From: Candidatus Pacearchaeota archaeon
GTDB taxonomy: Archaea > Nanobdellota > Nanobdellia > Pacearchaeales > UBA284
DNA length: 32,000 bases
Direction: 5' to 3'
NCBI GenBank assembly: GCA_026016245.1
Contig: CP061211.1
Location: 660,001-692,000 of the forward strand
Below, one piece after another: positions 7,123 through 14,598 of this stretch. The first letter of the stretch is position 1. Each line of letters begins with the position of its first letter. The notes under the pieces are model-generated. The model did no database searches. It saw only the letters and a list, made by a program, of their open reading frames with translations, and was not told the origin of the DNA. Made by a program: the position numbers and the translations under genes.

Positions 7123-8556
7123 ATGGATTATGAAAAAATTGGTTTAAAGTCTGGAATAGAGATACATCAACAATTAGATACACATAAATTATTCTGCGAA
7201 TGTCCCTCCTTATTGAGAAAAGATGATCCTGACATTATTATTAAAAGAAGATTATATGCAGCTGCTGGTGAGACAGGAAAAGTTGATGTTGCAGCTTTTT
7301 ATGAACAATCCAAGCAGAAAGAATTTGTTTATGAAGCATATTCTAATTCCACATGTTTAGTTGAGCTTGATGAAGAACCTCCTCATCAAATAAATGAAGA
7401 GGCTTTGAGAATTGCATTGCAGATTTCCTTATTACTTAATGCAAAACCTCTTAATGTTACACAAGTTATGAGAAAGACAGTTGTTGATGGTTCTAATACT
7501 TCTGGTTTCCAAAGAACTTTACTTATAGCAAGAAATGGTTTTATTGATGTTAAAGGTAAGAGAATTGGTATTCAAAATATCTGTTTAGAAGAAGATTCTG
7601 CCAGGATTATCAAAAAGACAGATAAAGAAGTTACATTCAGATTAGATAGGTTAGGGATTCCTCTTGTTGAAATAGCTACAAGTCCTGATATAAAAAATCC
7701 TGAAGAAGCAAAATTAGTTGCATTAAAAATTGGTGAAATTCTGAGAAGTTGTAAAGTTAAGAGGGGAATAGGGACAATAAGGCAAGATGTTAATATGTCT
7801 ATAACAAATAGACCAAGAATAGAAATTAAAGGTGTTCAAGATCCTAGATTAATAGATAAAACAATTGAGACAGAAATTGAAAGGCAGTTAAAACTAAAGA
7901 AGCAGAAAAAAAAGTTAGAGCAAGAAGTTAGAAAAGCAAATCTAGATGGCACAACATCATTTTTAAGACCATTGCCAGGAGCTGCTAGAATGTATCCTGA
8001 AACAGATATTCCTTTAGTAAAAATAACATGGAAAATGCTTCAAGATATCAAGAAGAGTTTACCAAGACCAAAACATGAGATTAGACAAGAATTAGAAGAA
8101 AAAATGCATAGTGAACTGGCAAAAGCTCTATTAAAAGAAGGTAAACTTGAAGATTATAAAGTTCTAATCAAGATTTACAACAAACCTGGCCTTATTACAA
8201 AGATGCTAGCAATATGGCCAAAAGAAATTGCAAGCCATGAAAAACTAAGTATGGAAAAAGTAAATAGCAGGTTAAGTATGGATGTTCTTGAAACAATAAC
8301 AGAAAATTTGGCTTCTGGAAAAATTGATCAAATAGATGTGAAGAAGATTTTGGTGGATATTATAAAAGGAAGATCTGTAACAGAAGCTATTAAGATTGAA
8401 AAAGTTGATATGAAAAAAATAGAGAATGAAATAAAGAAGTTCATCAAGAAAAAACCTGGCTTGAGAATTAATGCTTATATGGGATTAATTATGAAAAAAT
8501 ATAAAGGGAAGATAAATGCTGCTCAGGTTGTTGAGATCATAAAAAAATATATTTAA
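7123..8556 (+). CDS. gatE: Glu-tRNA(Gln) amidotransferase subunit E, short form (477 aa) lacking the GatE-specific insertion domain
   Basis: GatE-type N-terminus MDYEKIGLKSGIEIHQQL..KLFCECP (GatB has HVQL). Also TCLVELDEEPPH, VVDGSNTSGFQRT, DRLGIPLVEI, RGIGTIRQDVNMSI, EIKGVQD, LRPLPGAARMYPETDIP, and a C-terminal YqeY/GatB-tail-like MGLIMKKYKGKINAAQV. Leaderless TATA candidate CTTTTATTAAT at 7091-7101. Confidence 0.8.
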   Translation: MDYEKIGLKSGIEIHQQLDTHKLFCECPSLLRKDDPDIIIKRRLYAAAGETGKVDVAAFYEQSKQKEFVYEAYSNSTCLVELDEEPPHQINEEALRIALQISLLLNAKPLNVTQVMRKTVVDGSNTSGFQRTLLIARNGFIDVKGKRIGIQNICLEEDSARIIKKTDKEVTFRLDRLGIPLVEIATSPDIKNPEEAKLVALKIGEILRSCKVKRGIGTIRQDVNMSITNRPRIEIKGVQDPRLIDKTIETEIERQLKLKKQKKKLEQEVRKANLDGTTSFLRPLPGAARMYPETDIPLVKITWKMLQDIKKSLPRPKHEIRQELEEKMHSELAKALLKEGKLEDYKVLIKIYNKPGLITKMLAIWPKEIASHEKLSMEKVNSRLSMDVLETITENLASGKIDQIDVKKILVDIIKGRSVTEAIKIEKVDMKKIENEIKKFIKKKPGLRINAYMGLIMKKYKGKINAAQVVEIIKKYI

Positions 8557-8580
8557 AAATATCACTTTGCTTTTAAAAGA

Positions 8581-9867
8581 ATGAAAAATAAAAGAGTGTA
8601 TGTGAATGAAATAAAAAAAGGTCCTGTGTTTTTACAAGGATGGGTTCATGAGCTTAGAGATTTAGCAAAAGTAAAATTTATTCTTTTGCGAGATGTTTCT
8701 GGAATTATTCAGTGTGTTGTTAAAGACAAGAAACTATTCAAAGATTTTTCAAAATTAACTCTCGAATCTGTTGTTGCTGTTAAAGGTAAGGTGAATGCTG
8801 CTAAAATCAAAAGTCCTGAAGTAACAAGGAAAGAGATAGAAATTGAAATTACAAATATTGACATTATCAATAAAGCAGAACAATTACCTATTCTAGTAGT
8901 TGAAAAAGACAAGACTATTAAAACTGATTTATCAAAAAGACTTGATTATAGAAGTTTAGATATAAGAAAACAAAAAGTTAAGGCAATTTTTTATATCCAG
9001 AGTGAGATTGTTCATACTTTCAGAGAATTTTTCAAAAAAAATAAATTTGTGGAAATCCAAACACCTTGTATTATAGCAAGTGCAAGTGAAGGTGGGACAG
9101 CTTTATTTCCTGTTCAGTATTTTGAGAAGAAAGCATTTCTTGCTCAGAGTCCTCAGTTATACAAGCAGTTAGCAGCAATAAGTTTTGAAAAAGTTACTTG
9201 TGTTGTTCCTGTATGGCGTGCAGAAAAACACAATACAGTAAGACATCTGAATGAATCAAGACAGATGGATATGGAAATGGCTTTTGCAGATGATTTTGAT
9301 GTTATGAAATATCTTGAAGCCTGTATTCAGTTTATGATTTCTGAAGTTAATAAGAATTGTAAGAAAGAACTTGAACTTCTAAGCCTGAAATTGAAAATTC
9401 CTAAAGCAAAATATTTGAGTTATGATGAAACAATCAAACTTTTACAAAAAAATAAATCTAAAACAAAGCAAGGTGAGGATTTAGCACCTGAAGATGAGAA
9501 AATACTTTATAAATTATATCCTGATACTATTATTTTTGTGCATTCTTGGCCTAATAAATTGAAACCATTCTACATCTGGCCAAAAGACAAGAAGGTTAGT
9601 GCAGGTTTTGATGCACTTTATGGCGGCATCGAAATATCAAGTGGAGGCCAGAGAGTTCATGTTCCAGAAATTTTAATAAAAAGGCTTAAGGAACAGAGAT
9701 TAAATCCAGCTAACTTTAAACATTATATTGATTCTTTCCGTTTTGGAGCTCCTTATCATTCTGGCTGGTCAATAGGGTTAGAAAGATTCACTATGGCTTT
9801 GTTGGGATTAGATAATATACGTGAGGGTTGCTTGTTTCCTCGTGATAGAGAAAGATTAACTCCTTAA
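8581..9867 (+). CDS. aspS: Aspartyl-tRNA synthetase, archaeal type (class IIb)
   Basis: An N-terminal OB-fold region (VFLQGWVHELRDLAKVKFILLRD) is followed by class II motifs: WRAEKHNTVRHLNESRQMDMEMAF, GGIEISSGGQRVH, GAPYHSGWSIGLERFTMALLGLDNIREGCLFPRDRERLTP. Confidence 0.85.
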   Translation: MKNKRVYVNEIKKGPVFLQGWVHELRDLAKVKFILLRDVSGIIQCVVKDKKLFKDFSKLTLESVVAVKGKVNAAKIKSPEVTRKEIEIEITNIDIINKAEQLPILVVEKDKTIKTDLSKRLDYRSLDIRKQKVKAIFYIQSEIVHTFREFFKKNKFVEIQTPCIIASASEGGTALFPVQYFEKKAFLAQSPQLYKQLAAISFEKVTCVVPVWRAEKHNTVRHLNESRQMDMEMAFADDFDVMKYLEACIQFMISEVNKNCKKELELLSLKLKIPKAKYLSYDETIKLLQKNKSKTKQGEDLAPEDEKILYKLYPDTIIFVHSWPNKLKPFYIWPKDKKVSAGFDALYGGIEISSGGQRVHVPEILIKRLKEQRLNPANFKHYIDSFRFGAPYHSGWSIGLERFTMALLGLDNIREGCLFPRDRERLTP

Positions 9868-9873
9868 AAGAAA

Positions 9874-9883
9874 CTTTTTAAAG
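9874..9883 (+). promoter_or_regulatory. TATA box for tRNA-Tyr
   Basis: CTTTTTAAAG is centred ~27 nt upstream of the tRNA 5' end (9906). Confidence 0.5.
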
Positions 9884-9905
9884 TCACTTGTTTTTATTCT
9901 TTCAT

Positions 9906-10029
9906 CCCTGCGTAGCTCAATGGTAGAGCACTCGGCTGTAGTCTTATGCTTTCCTAAAAAGAATGCATGAGGCACTCGCAGGTGCTCGCAGAACCCGGGG
10001 TGTTGGCGGTTCGAATCCGCCCGCAGGGA
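9906..10029 (+). tRNA. tRNA-Tyr (anticodon GUA) with C1:G72 and a 52-nt intron at the canonical 37/38 site
   Basis: Acceptor CCCTGCG/CGCAGGG (C1:G72 is the archaeal/eukaryal tRNA-Tyr hallmark), D stem GCTC/GAGC, anticodon stem CTCGG/CCGGG, anticodon GTA at 9938-9940, T arm GGCGG-TTCGAAT-CCGCC, discriminator A. The mature length would be 72 nt. Confidence 0.85.
9942..9993 (+). other. tRNA-Tyr intron (52 nt), bulge-helix-bulge-compatible
   Basis: A central 4-bp helix CTGT (9936-9939) / GCAG (9988-9991) is flanked by 3-nt bulges AG|T and AA|C. Internal helices are CTTATGC/GCATGAG and GCAC/GTGC. Confidence 0.65.
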
Positions 10030-10030
10030 C

Positions 10031-10042
10031 TTTATTTTTGTT
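10031..10042 (+). terminator. Oligo-T terminator after tRNA-Tyr
   Basis: TTTATTTTTGTT begins 2 nt after the discriminator. Confidence 0.4.
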
Positions 10043-10113
10043 ATTCGAAAAGTTTATAAAACAATCAAGCGTTAAATTTTCAGTTCTTGGAAATTATATG
10101 GAGCTAATGTAAT

Positions 10114-10773
10114 ATGGAAGACGAATTAAAAAAAAGTATTTTAAAGACAGGCACTACCACTATAGGTATTGTCTGTAAAGAAGGTATTGTCCTTTGTGCT
10201 GATAAAAGAGCAACTTTAGGAGAAGGACTTTTTATTGGACATAAAAGAGTAGATAAGATTTTACCTATAACAGACAGTATAAGTGTTACGACAGCTGGGA
10301 GTGTTTCTGATATTCAATTGCTTGTGAAATTGACGAAAGCTGAATTAAGATTAAAGAAGTTGAGAACAAGAATTGAGCCAAATGTTAAAGAAACTTCTAG
10401 CTTATTTGGAATGCTTGTTTATGAAAATATCAGAAAGTTCAGTCCGATTCTTGGCATCACAGCTTTCTTGATTGGTGGGGTTGATGATAAAGGTTTTTGG
10501 TTATTTGAAGTAGGTCCTGATGGTAGCGCTTTACAACATAAAGATTTTGTAAGTACTGGTAGTGGCATGGTTGTTGCTTATGGTCTATTAGAAGATTCTT
10601 ATAAGGAAGATATAACTGTAGAAGATGGTGTTAAATTAGCGGTTAGAGCATTGAGTGCCGCAATGCAGCGTGATACACCAACTGGATCAGGAATAGATGT
10701 TGTTGTTATTAATAGGGATGGAACAAAAAAAGTTGTGGAAGAGGAAGTAAGACAAGTTTTAATTAAGAAATAA
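10114..10773 (+). CDS. psmB: Proteasome subunit beta
   Basis: Short propeptide, then the active-site threonine context KTG|TTTIGIVCKEGIVLCADKRAT. Ntn-hydrolase beta-subunit length (219 aa). Confidence 0.9.
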   Translation: MEDELKKSILKTGTTTIGIVCKEGIVLCADKRATLGEGLFIGHKRVDKILPITDSISVTTAGSVSDIQLLVKLTKAELRLKKLRTRIEPNVKETSSLFGMLVYENIRKFSPILGITAFLIGGVDDKGFWLFEVGPDGSALQHKDFVSTGSGMVVAYGLLEDSYKEDITVEDGVKLAVRALSAAMQRDTPTGSGIDVVVINRDGTKKVVEEEVRQVLIKK

Positions 10774-10801
10774 TTTTAATCTATTTTAAAAATTTAAGAA
10801 A

Positions 10802-12691
10802 ATGCCAGATATTCTAAAAACAATTTTGAATGAATTACCTCCAAAAGTAATTGATTCTGCAAATTTTGAAGGAGCTAATATAGTTGTATATACATCTGAC
10901 GAGGATTTTTTTCTTAAAGGCGAGGAAAAGATCAGGCAGGTTGTGGACAAGATAAAGAAAAGAATAGAGTTGAGAGCAAGCAAGAGTTTATTAATTGAGC
11001 AAAAGAAGGCTGAAGATTTTATCAAGAAAACTATTCCGAAAGATGCTGATATACAGAATATTTTGTTTGATGAACAGAGAAGTATTGTTGTTATTGAAGT
11101 TAAGAAACCAGGAATTGCTATAGGTAGGGGTGGGGAGATTCTGAAAACAATTAAAGAAAAGACCTTCTGGATTCCTCAAGCAATAAGAAGCCCTGCCATA
11201 AGATCAAAGATTACTGAGGCTATTCGTCATGTTCTATTTACAAAGGAAGAATATAGGAAAAAATTCTTGAATTCTGTAGGTAAAAAGATCTATAAGGAAT
11301 GGTCGCCAGAGAAAAGAGAAGAATGGATTCGTTTGACTTTTTTAGGTGGTGCGAGACAAGTTGGAAGAAGTTGTATATTATTACAGACACCTGAATCAAA
11401 AATCTTGCTTGATTGTGGAATTGATATTGCTGCCAGTAATTCAGATAAATTTCCATATCTTAATGTTCCAGAGTTCAATATAAAGGAGATTGATGCTGTG
11501 ATCTTAAGTCATCCTCATCTAGATCATTCAGGATTACTGCCTTATTTGTATAAGATAGGTTATAGGGGGCCTTGTTATATGACAACCCCTACGAGAGATA
11601 TAACTTCTCTGCTTGCTCTTGATTTTATAGGTGTGAGTTATAAAAAAGCTGTAACCCCTTTATATAGGATAGTTGATATTAAGACTATGGTTAAGCATAG
11701 TATTGACTTGAACTACAATGAAGTTACTGATATTACCCCTGATGTAAGACTTACTTTTTATAATGCAGGCCATACTCTTGGAAGTGCTATGATTCATCTT
11801 AATATTGGAAATGGCTTACATAATCTGCTCTATACTTCTGATTTCAAATATGCAAGAACAAGAGTTTTGGATTTAGCATCTTGTAAATTCCCTAGACTTG
11901 AAACTTTAATTATTGAAAGTACTTATGGTGGCAAACAGAATATTTTACCTTCTAGAAGAGATGCTGAAGAGGTGTTTATTGCTGCTATAAACAAAACAAT
12001 AAAGAGAAAAGGCAAGGCTTTAGTTCCAGTTTTAGGAGTAGGAAGAGCACAGGAGGTTATGATGATTGTTGATAATGCTGCTAGAGAAGGCAAATTGCCT
12101 AATGTGCCAATTTATGTTGATGGAATGGTTTGGGATGTCACTGCAATCCATACAGCATATCCAGAATTTTTATCACCTTACTTAAGAAGTCAGATATTTC
12201 AGGACAAGAATCCATTTACTAGCAAACTTTTCAAGAGAGTTGGGAGCCCTCAAGAAAGGAAAGAGATTATTGAGGGAGGTCCATGTATAATTCTTGCTAC
12301 AAGCGGCATGTTAGTTGGCGGAGCTTCTGTTGAGTATTTCAGAGAGCTGGCTGATAATAAACATAACAGTATTATTTTTGTGAGTTATCAAGGACCGGGC
12401 TCACTGGGAAGGCAAGTGCAGGAAGGAATAAAAGAGGTTAAGTTTAGTGTTGGAAGTAGAGAAGAAAGGGTGTCTGTGAATATGGAAACTGTAACCATAG
12501 ATGGGATGACAGGCCATGCAGGAAGAAATGAATTGTTATCCTTTGTAAATAATCTTAGCCCGACACCAAGAAGGATTATTGTTCAGCACGGTGAGGTTTC
12601 TCGTTCTCTAGATCTAGCATCAACTCTTTATAAGCTACATAAGATAGAAACAACTGTGCCTAGGAATCTAGAAACAATAAGACTTAGATAA
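10802..12691 (+). CDS. fttA: aCPSF1-type KH-domain / metallo-beta-lactamase / beta-CASP ribonuclease (archaeal transcription termination factor FttA family)
   Basis: N-terminal KH-like segments (KKPGIAIGRGGEILKTIKE), the MBL motif ILSHPHLDHSG, beta-CASP region, 629 aa. It lies directly downstream of psmB, an adjacency I recall from other archaea. Confidence 0.85.
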   Translation: MPDILKTILNELPPKVIDSANFEGANIVVYTSDEDFFLKGEEKIRQVVDKIKKRIELRASKSLLIEQKKAEDFIKKTIPKDADIQNILFDEQRSIVVIEVKKPGIAIGRGGEILKTIKEKTFWIPQAIRSPAIRSKITEAIRHVLFTKEEYRKKFLNSVGKKIYKEWSPEKREEWIRLTFLGGARQVGRSCILLQTPESKILLDCGIDIAASNSDKFPYLNVPEFNIKEIDAVILSHPHLDHSGLLPYLYKIGYRGPCYMTTPTRDITSLLALDFIGVSYKKAVTPLYRIVDIKTMVKHSIDLNYNEVTDITPDVRLTFYNAGHTLGSAMIHLNIGNGLHNLLYTSDFKYARTRVLDLASCKFPRLETLIIESTYGGKQNILPSRRDAEEVFIAAINKTIKRKGKALVPVLGVGRAQEVMMIVDNAAREGKLPNVPIYVDGMVWDVTAIHTAYPEFLSPYLRSQIFQDKNPFTSKLFKRVGSPQERKEIIEGGPCIILATSGMLVGGASVEYFRELADNKHNSIIFVSYQGPGSLGRQVQEGIKEVKFSVGSREERVSVNMETVTIDGMTGHAGRNELLSFVNNLSPTPRRIIVQHGEVSRSLDLASTLYKLHKIETTVPRNLETIRLR

Positions 12692-13732
12692 TTATTTGTT
12701 TTCTCCTAATATTGGAATAGTTTGTCTTGAAAACCAAAACAATTCACTTTCTATTTTCTTTAGAATCCCTTCTCTTGATAATCCATAAAAATTATTATTT
12801 TCTGTTATTTTTAATTTTTGACTCCAATATTTATAGAAATTAGTGGCATCATTTTGATAATGTACAGTTTCCCTTATAAATGGAATCCCCTCTTCTTTTT
12901 TTACAGGACCAAGACCAGCATTATAAGCAGAAAAACTTTCACGGAAATCTCCTTTCCTTGATTTGAAACAAAAGGCTAAATGTCTTGTTCCAGCATCTGT
13001 AGCAGCTTCTATATCAAAAGGAGTTTTTTTCAAATCCTCTTCACTCGCTGTTTTTAACCAGTTTTTGATTTCTCTTTTGCATATTGAATAAAGTTCTTCA
13101 GCTATCTTTTGATTTTTTTTATAAATTGAACGATAGTATTTTGCTGTCTCATCTTCTTCCCTTAGAAAAGCATTTATCGCCAAACTATGATAGCTAGAAG
13201 CATTTCTGTCATAAATTCTTGCTTTATAAAAACCCTCTGGCTCAAGTTCTTTAGGAACCTTTAGTCCGAGGTCTTTTGCTGTGTATGGCATTAATTGACA
13301 TGGTCCTAATGCAATTTTAGGAGAAATAGCAAATTGACTAAATTCAGATTCAAATCTAATCTTAGCGAAAACAGTTAAATTATCAATTGGCCACATATGT
13401 TGGTATTTTTTAACAGCTTTATTTATGTAAGGAATATAGGGTTTAGCTTTAGGGTATCTTTTTAAAAGCCCTTCCAAATCATACTGCTTGGACTCTTCTT
13501 TTAGAATCAAGAAAGTAATTCCTTTTTCTTCAACCTCTTCTTCTGAAAATTTTTCGTTTTCTAATTTCAACTCTTCTTGGATAGGTTCTTTTGTGAGATT
13601 ATTTATCTGATAAGTATTATAGAGAGTAATTGAGGATAAAAAAAGAAGAATTGTTCCAAAAAAAATATCTCGAAAAGAGATTTTTGAAAAGAAACTATTA
13701 TACATATTCCTTAGTTTTTCTTTTGTAATCAT
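12692..13732 (-). CDS. Membrane-anchored lytic transglycosylase (SLT / GH23-like domain)
   Basis: N-terminal TM helix (IFFGTILLFLSSITLYNTY). SLT signature series: RFESEFSQFAIS (catalytic E-S), GPCQLMPYTAKDLG (GLMQ-MP-TA equivalent), SAYNAGLGPV (AYNAG), RETVHYQ. Confidence 0.7.
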   Translation of the reverse strand: MITKEKLRNMYNSFFSKISFRDIFFGTILLFLSSITLYNTYQINNLTKEPIQEELKLENEKFSEEEVEEKGITFLILKEESKQYDLEGLLKRYPKAKPYIPYINKAVKKYQHMWPIDNLTVFAKIRFESEFSQFAISPKIALGPCQLMPYTAKDLGLKVPKELEPEGFYKARIYDRNASSYHSLAINAFLREEDETAKYYRSIYKKNQKIAEELYSICKREIKNWLKTASEEDLKKTPFDIEAATDAGTRHLAFCFKSRKGDFRESFSAYNAGLGPVKKEEGIPFIRETVHYQNDATNFYKYWSQKLKITENNNFYGLSREGILKKIESELFWFSRQTIPILGENK

Positions 13733-13757
13733 TATAAAAAGACAACATACAGAAAGA

Positions 13758-13765
13758 TTTATAAA
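13758..13765. promoter_or_regulatory. Palindromic TATA (TTTATAAA) between divergent SLT and signal-peptidase genes
   Basis: It is centred ~29 nt from the SLT ATG (13732, leaderless geometry) and ~49 nt from the ATG at 13811. That gene carries the SD-like TAAGGGAAAATG in the resulting short leader. Confidence 0.4.
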
Positions 13766-13810
13766 TATATGACACTATTTTTGAGTGATAATAATCAAGA
13801 CTAAGGGAAA

Positions 13811-14314
13811 ATGAAAAAAGCAATATTTTGGTTTATTGGAATTTTTGCAATTGCTCTTTTTATTCTTTTTAGTTATAATTTTCTGGTTTCTGGTTATGCA
13901 GAAACACCTTTACTAAGACTTACTGAATTCGGAAGTTCTTTTTTTGATAAACCAAGTCCAGGAAATTGGATAAAAGAAAATCAAATACTTCTTTATGAAG
14001 ACAGGATTGTTATTTTCATTCCAAATGCGACTATAAGCACATATGCTAATACAAACAGCATGGATCCAGTCTTTGATTCTACTGCTAATGGTATAGAGAT
14101 AGTGCCACAAGGTCCTGAGGATATTCATGTTGGTGATATTATAGCTTATGAGTCTAATCCTGGGAGTAATATGCTGATAGTGCATAGAGTTATAGAGATT
14201 GGTATTGATAAAGAAGGATGGTATTGCATTCCTAAAGGAGATAATGCAATACAGGATGATGGAAAAATTCGTTTCCAAAGAATTAAATATATTACAATAG
14301 GGATATTATGGTGA
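13811..14314 (+). CDS. Signal peptidase I, archaeal/eukaryotic (S26B, Sec11-like) type
   Basis: N-terminal TM anchor, a Ser motif (TNSMDPVF), GDIIAY...LIVHRVIEI and the downstream KGDNAIQDDG box. Confidence 0.6.
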   Translation: MKKAIFWFIGIFAIALFILFSYNFLVSGYAETPLLRLTEFGSSFFDKPSPGNWIKENQILLYEDRIVIFIPNATISTYANTNSMDPVFDSTANGIEIVPQGPEDIHVGDIIAYESNPGSNMLIVHRVIEIGIDKEGWYCIPKGDNAIQDDGKIRFQRIKYITIGILW

Positions 14315-14598
14315 AAATGGAAATTAAGGATTTAGATTTTATTAAAAATTTAATTTTGCCAGGACAAGTAATACAATTAAGTAAAGAAGAATTAATGTTG
14401 TTAGATAAATTATATCATGACTTCCCAGAGGATATAAGAAAAAAAATAGATTATGAAGCTGTGGGCGTTTATGAGGAGATACCTAAAAATGTTCAAGGGA
14501 ATAGATTTGGATTTGCTCAGATTTATTTAACAGCAGAGTATCTTAGATTAGAGCAAGAGAAGAGTCAATACCAGACCCAAGAAACAGCCAGCGCTTAA
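14308..14598 (+). CDS. Hypothetical protein (96 aa)
   Basis: ATGGTGA start/stop overlap with the signal peptidase gene suggests coupling. Its last 51 nt overlap the convergent presenilin-like gene. No family recognised. Confidence 0.4.
   Translation: MVKMEIKDLDFIKNLILPGQVIQLSKEELMLLDKLYHDFPEDIRKKIDYEAVGVYEEIPKNVQGNRFGFAQIYLTAEYLRLEQEKSQYQTQETASA

Noticed and set aside
9942-9993. C/D-box guide sRNA inside the tRNA-Tyr intron
   Set aside because: There is no RUGAUGA C box (the closest is AUGCAUGAG) and no CUGA D box in the intron.
8709-14278. Shadow ORFs 8709..8912(-), 10786..11025(-), 10991..11179(-), 11238..11456(-), 11290..11478(-), 13913..14278(-)
   Set aside because: They are embedded antisense in aspS, aCPSF1 and the signal peptidase gene. 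They have no recognisable motifs or promoter geometry.
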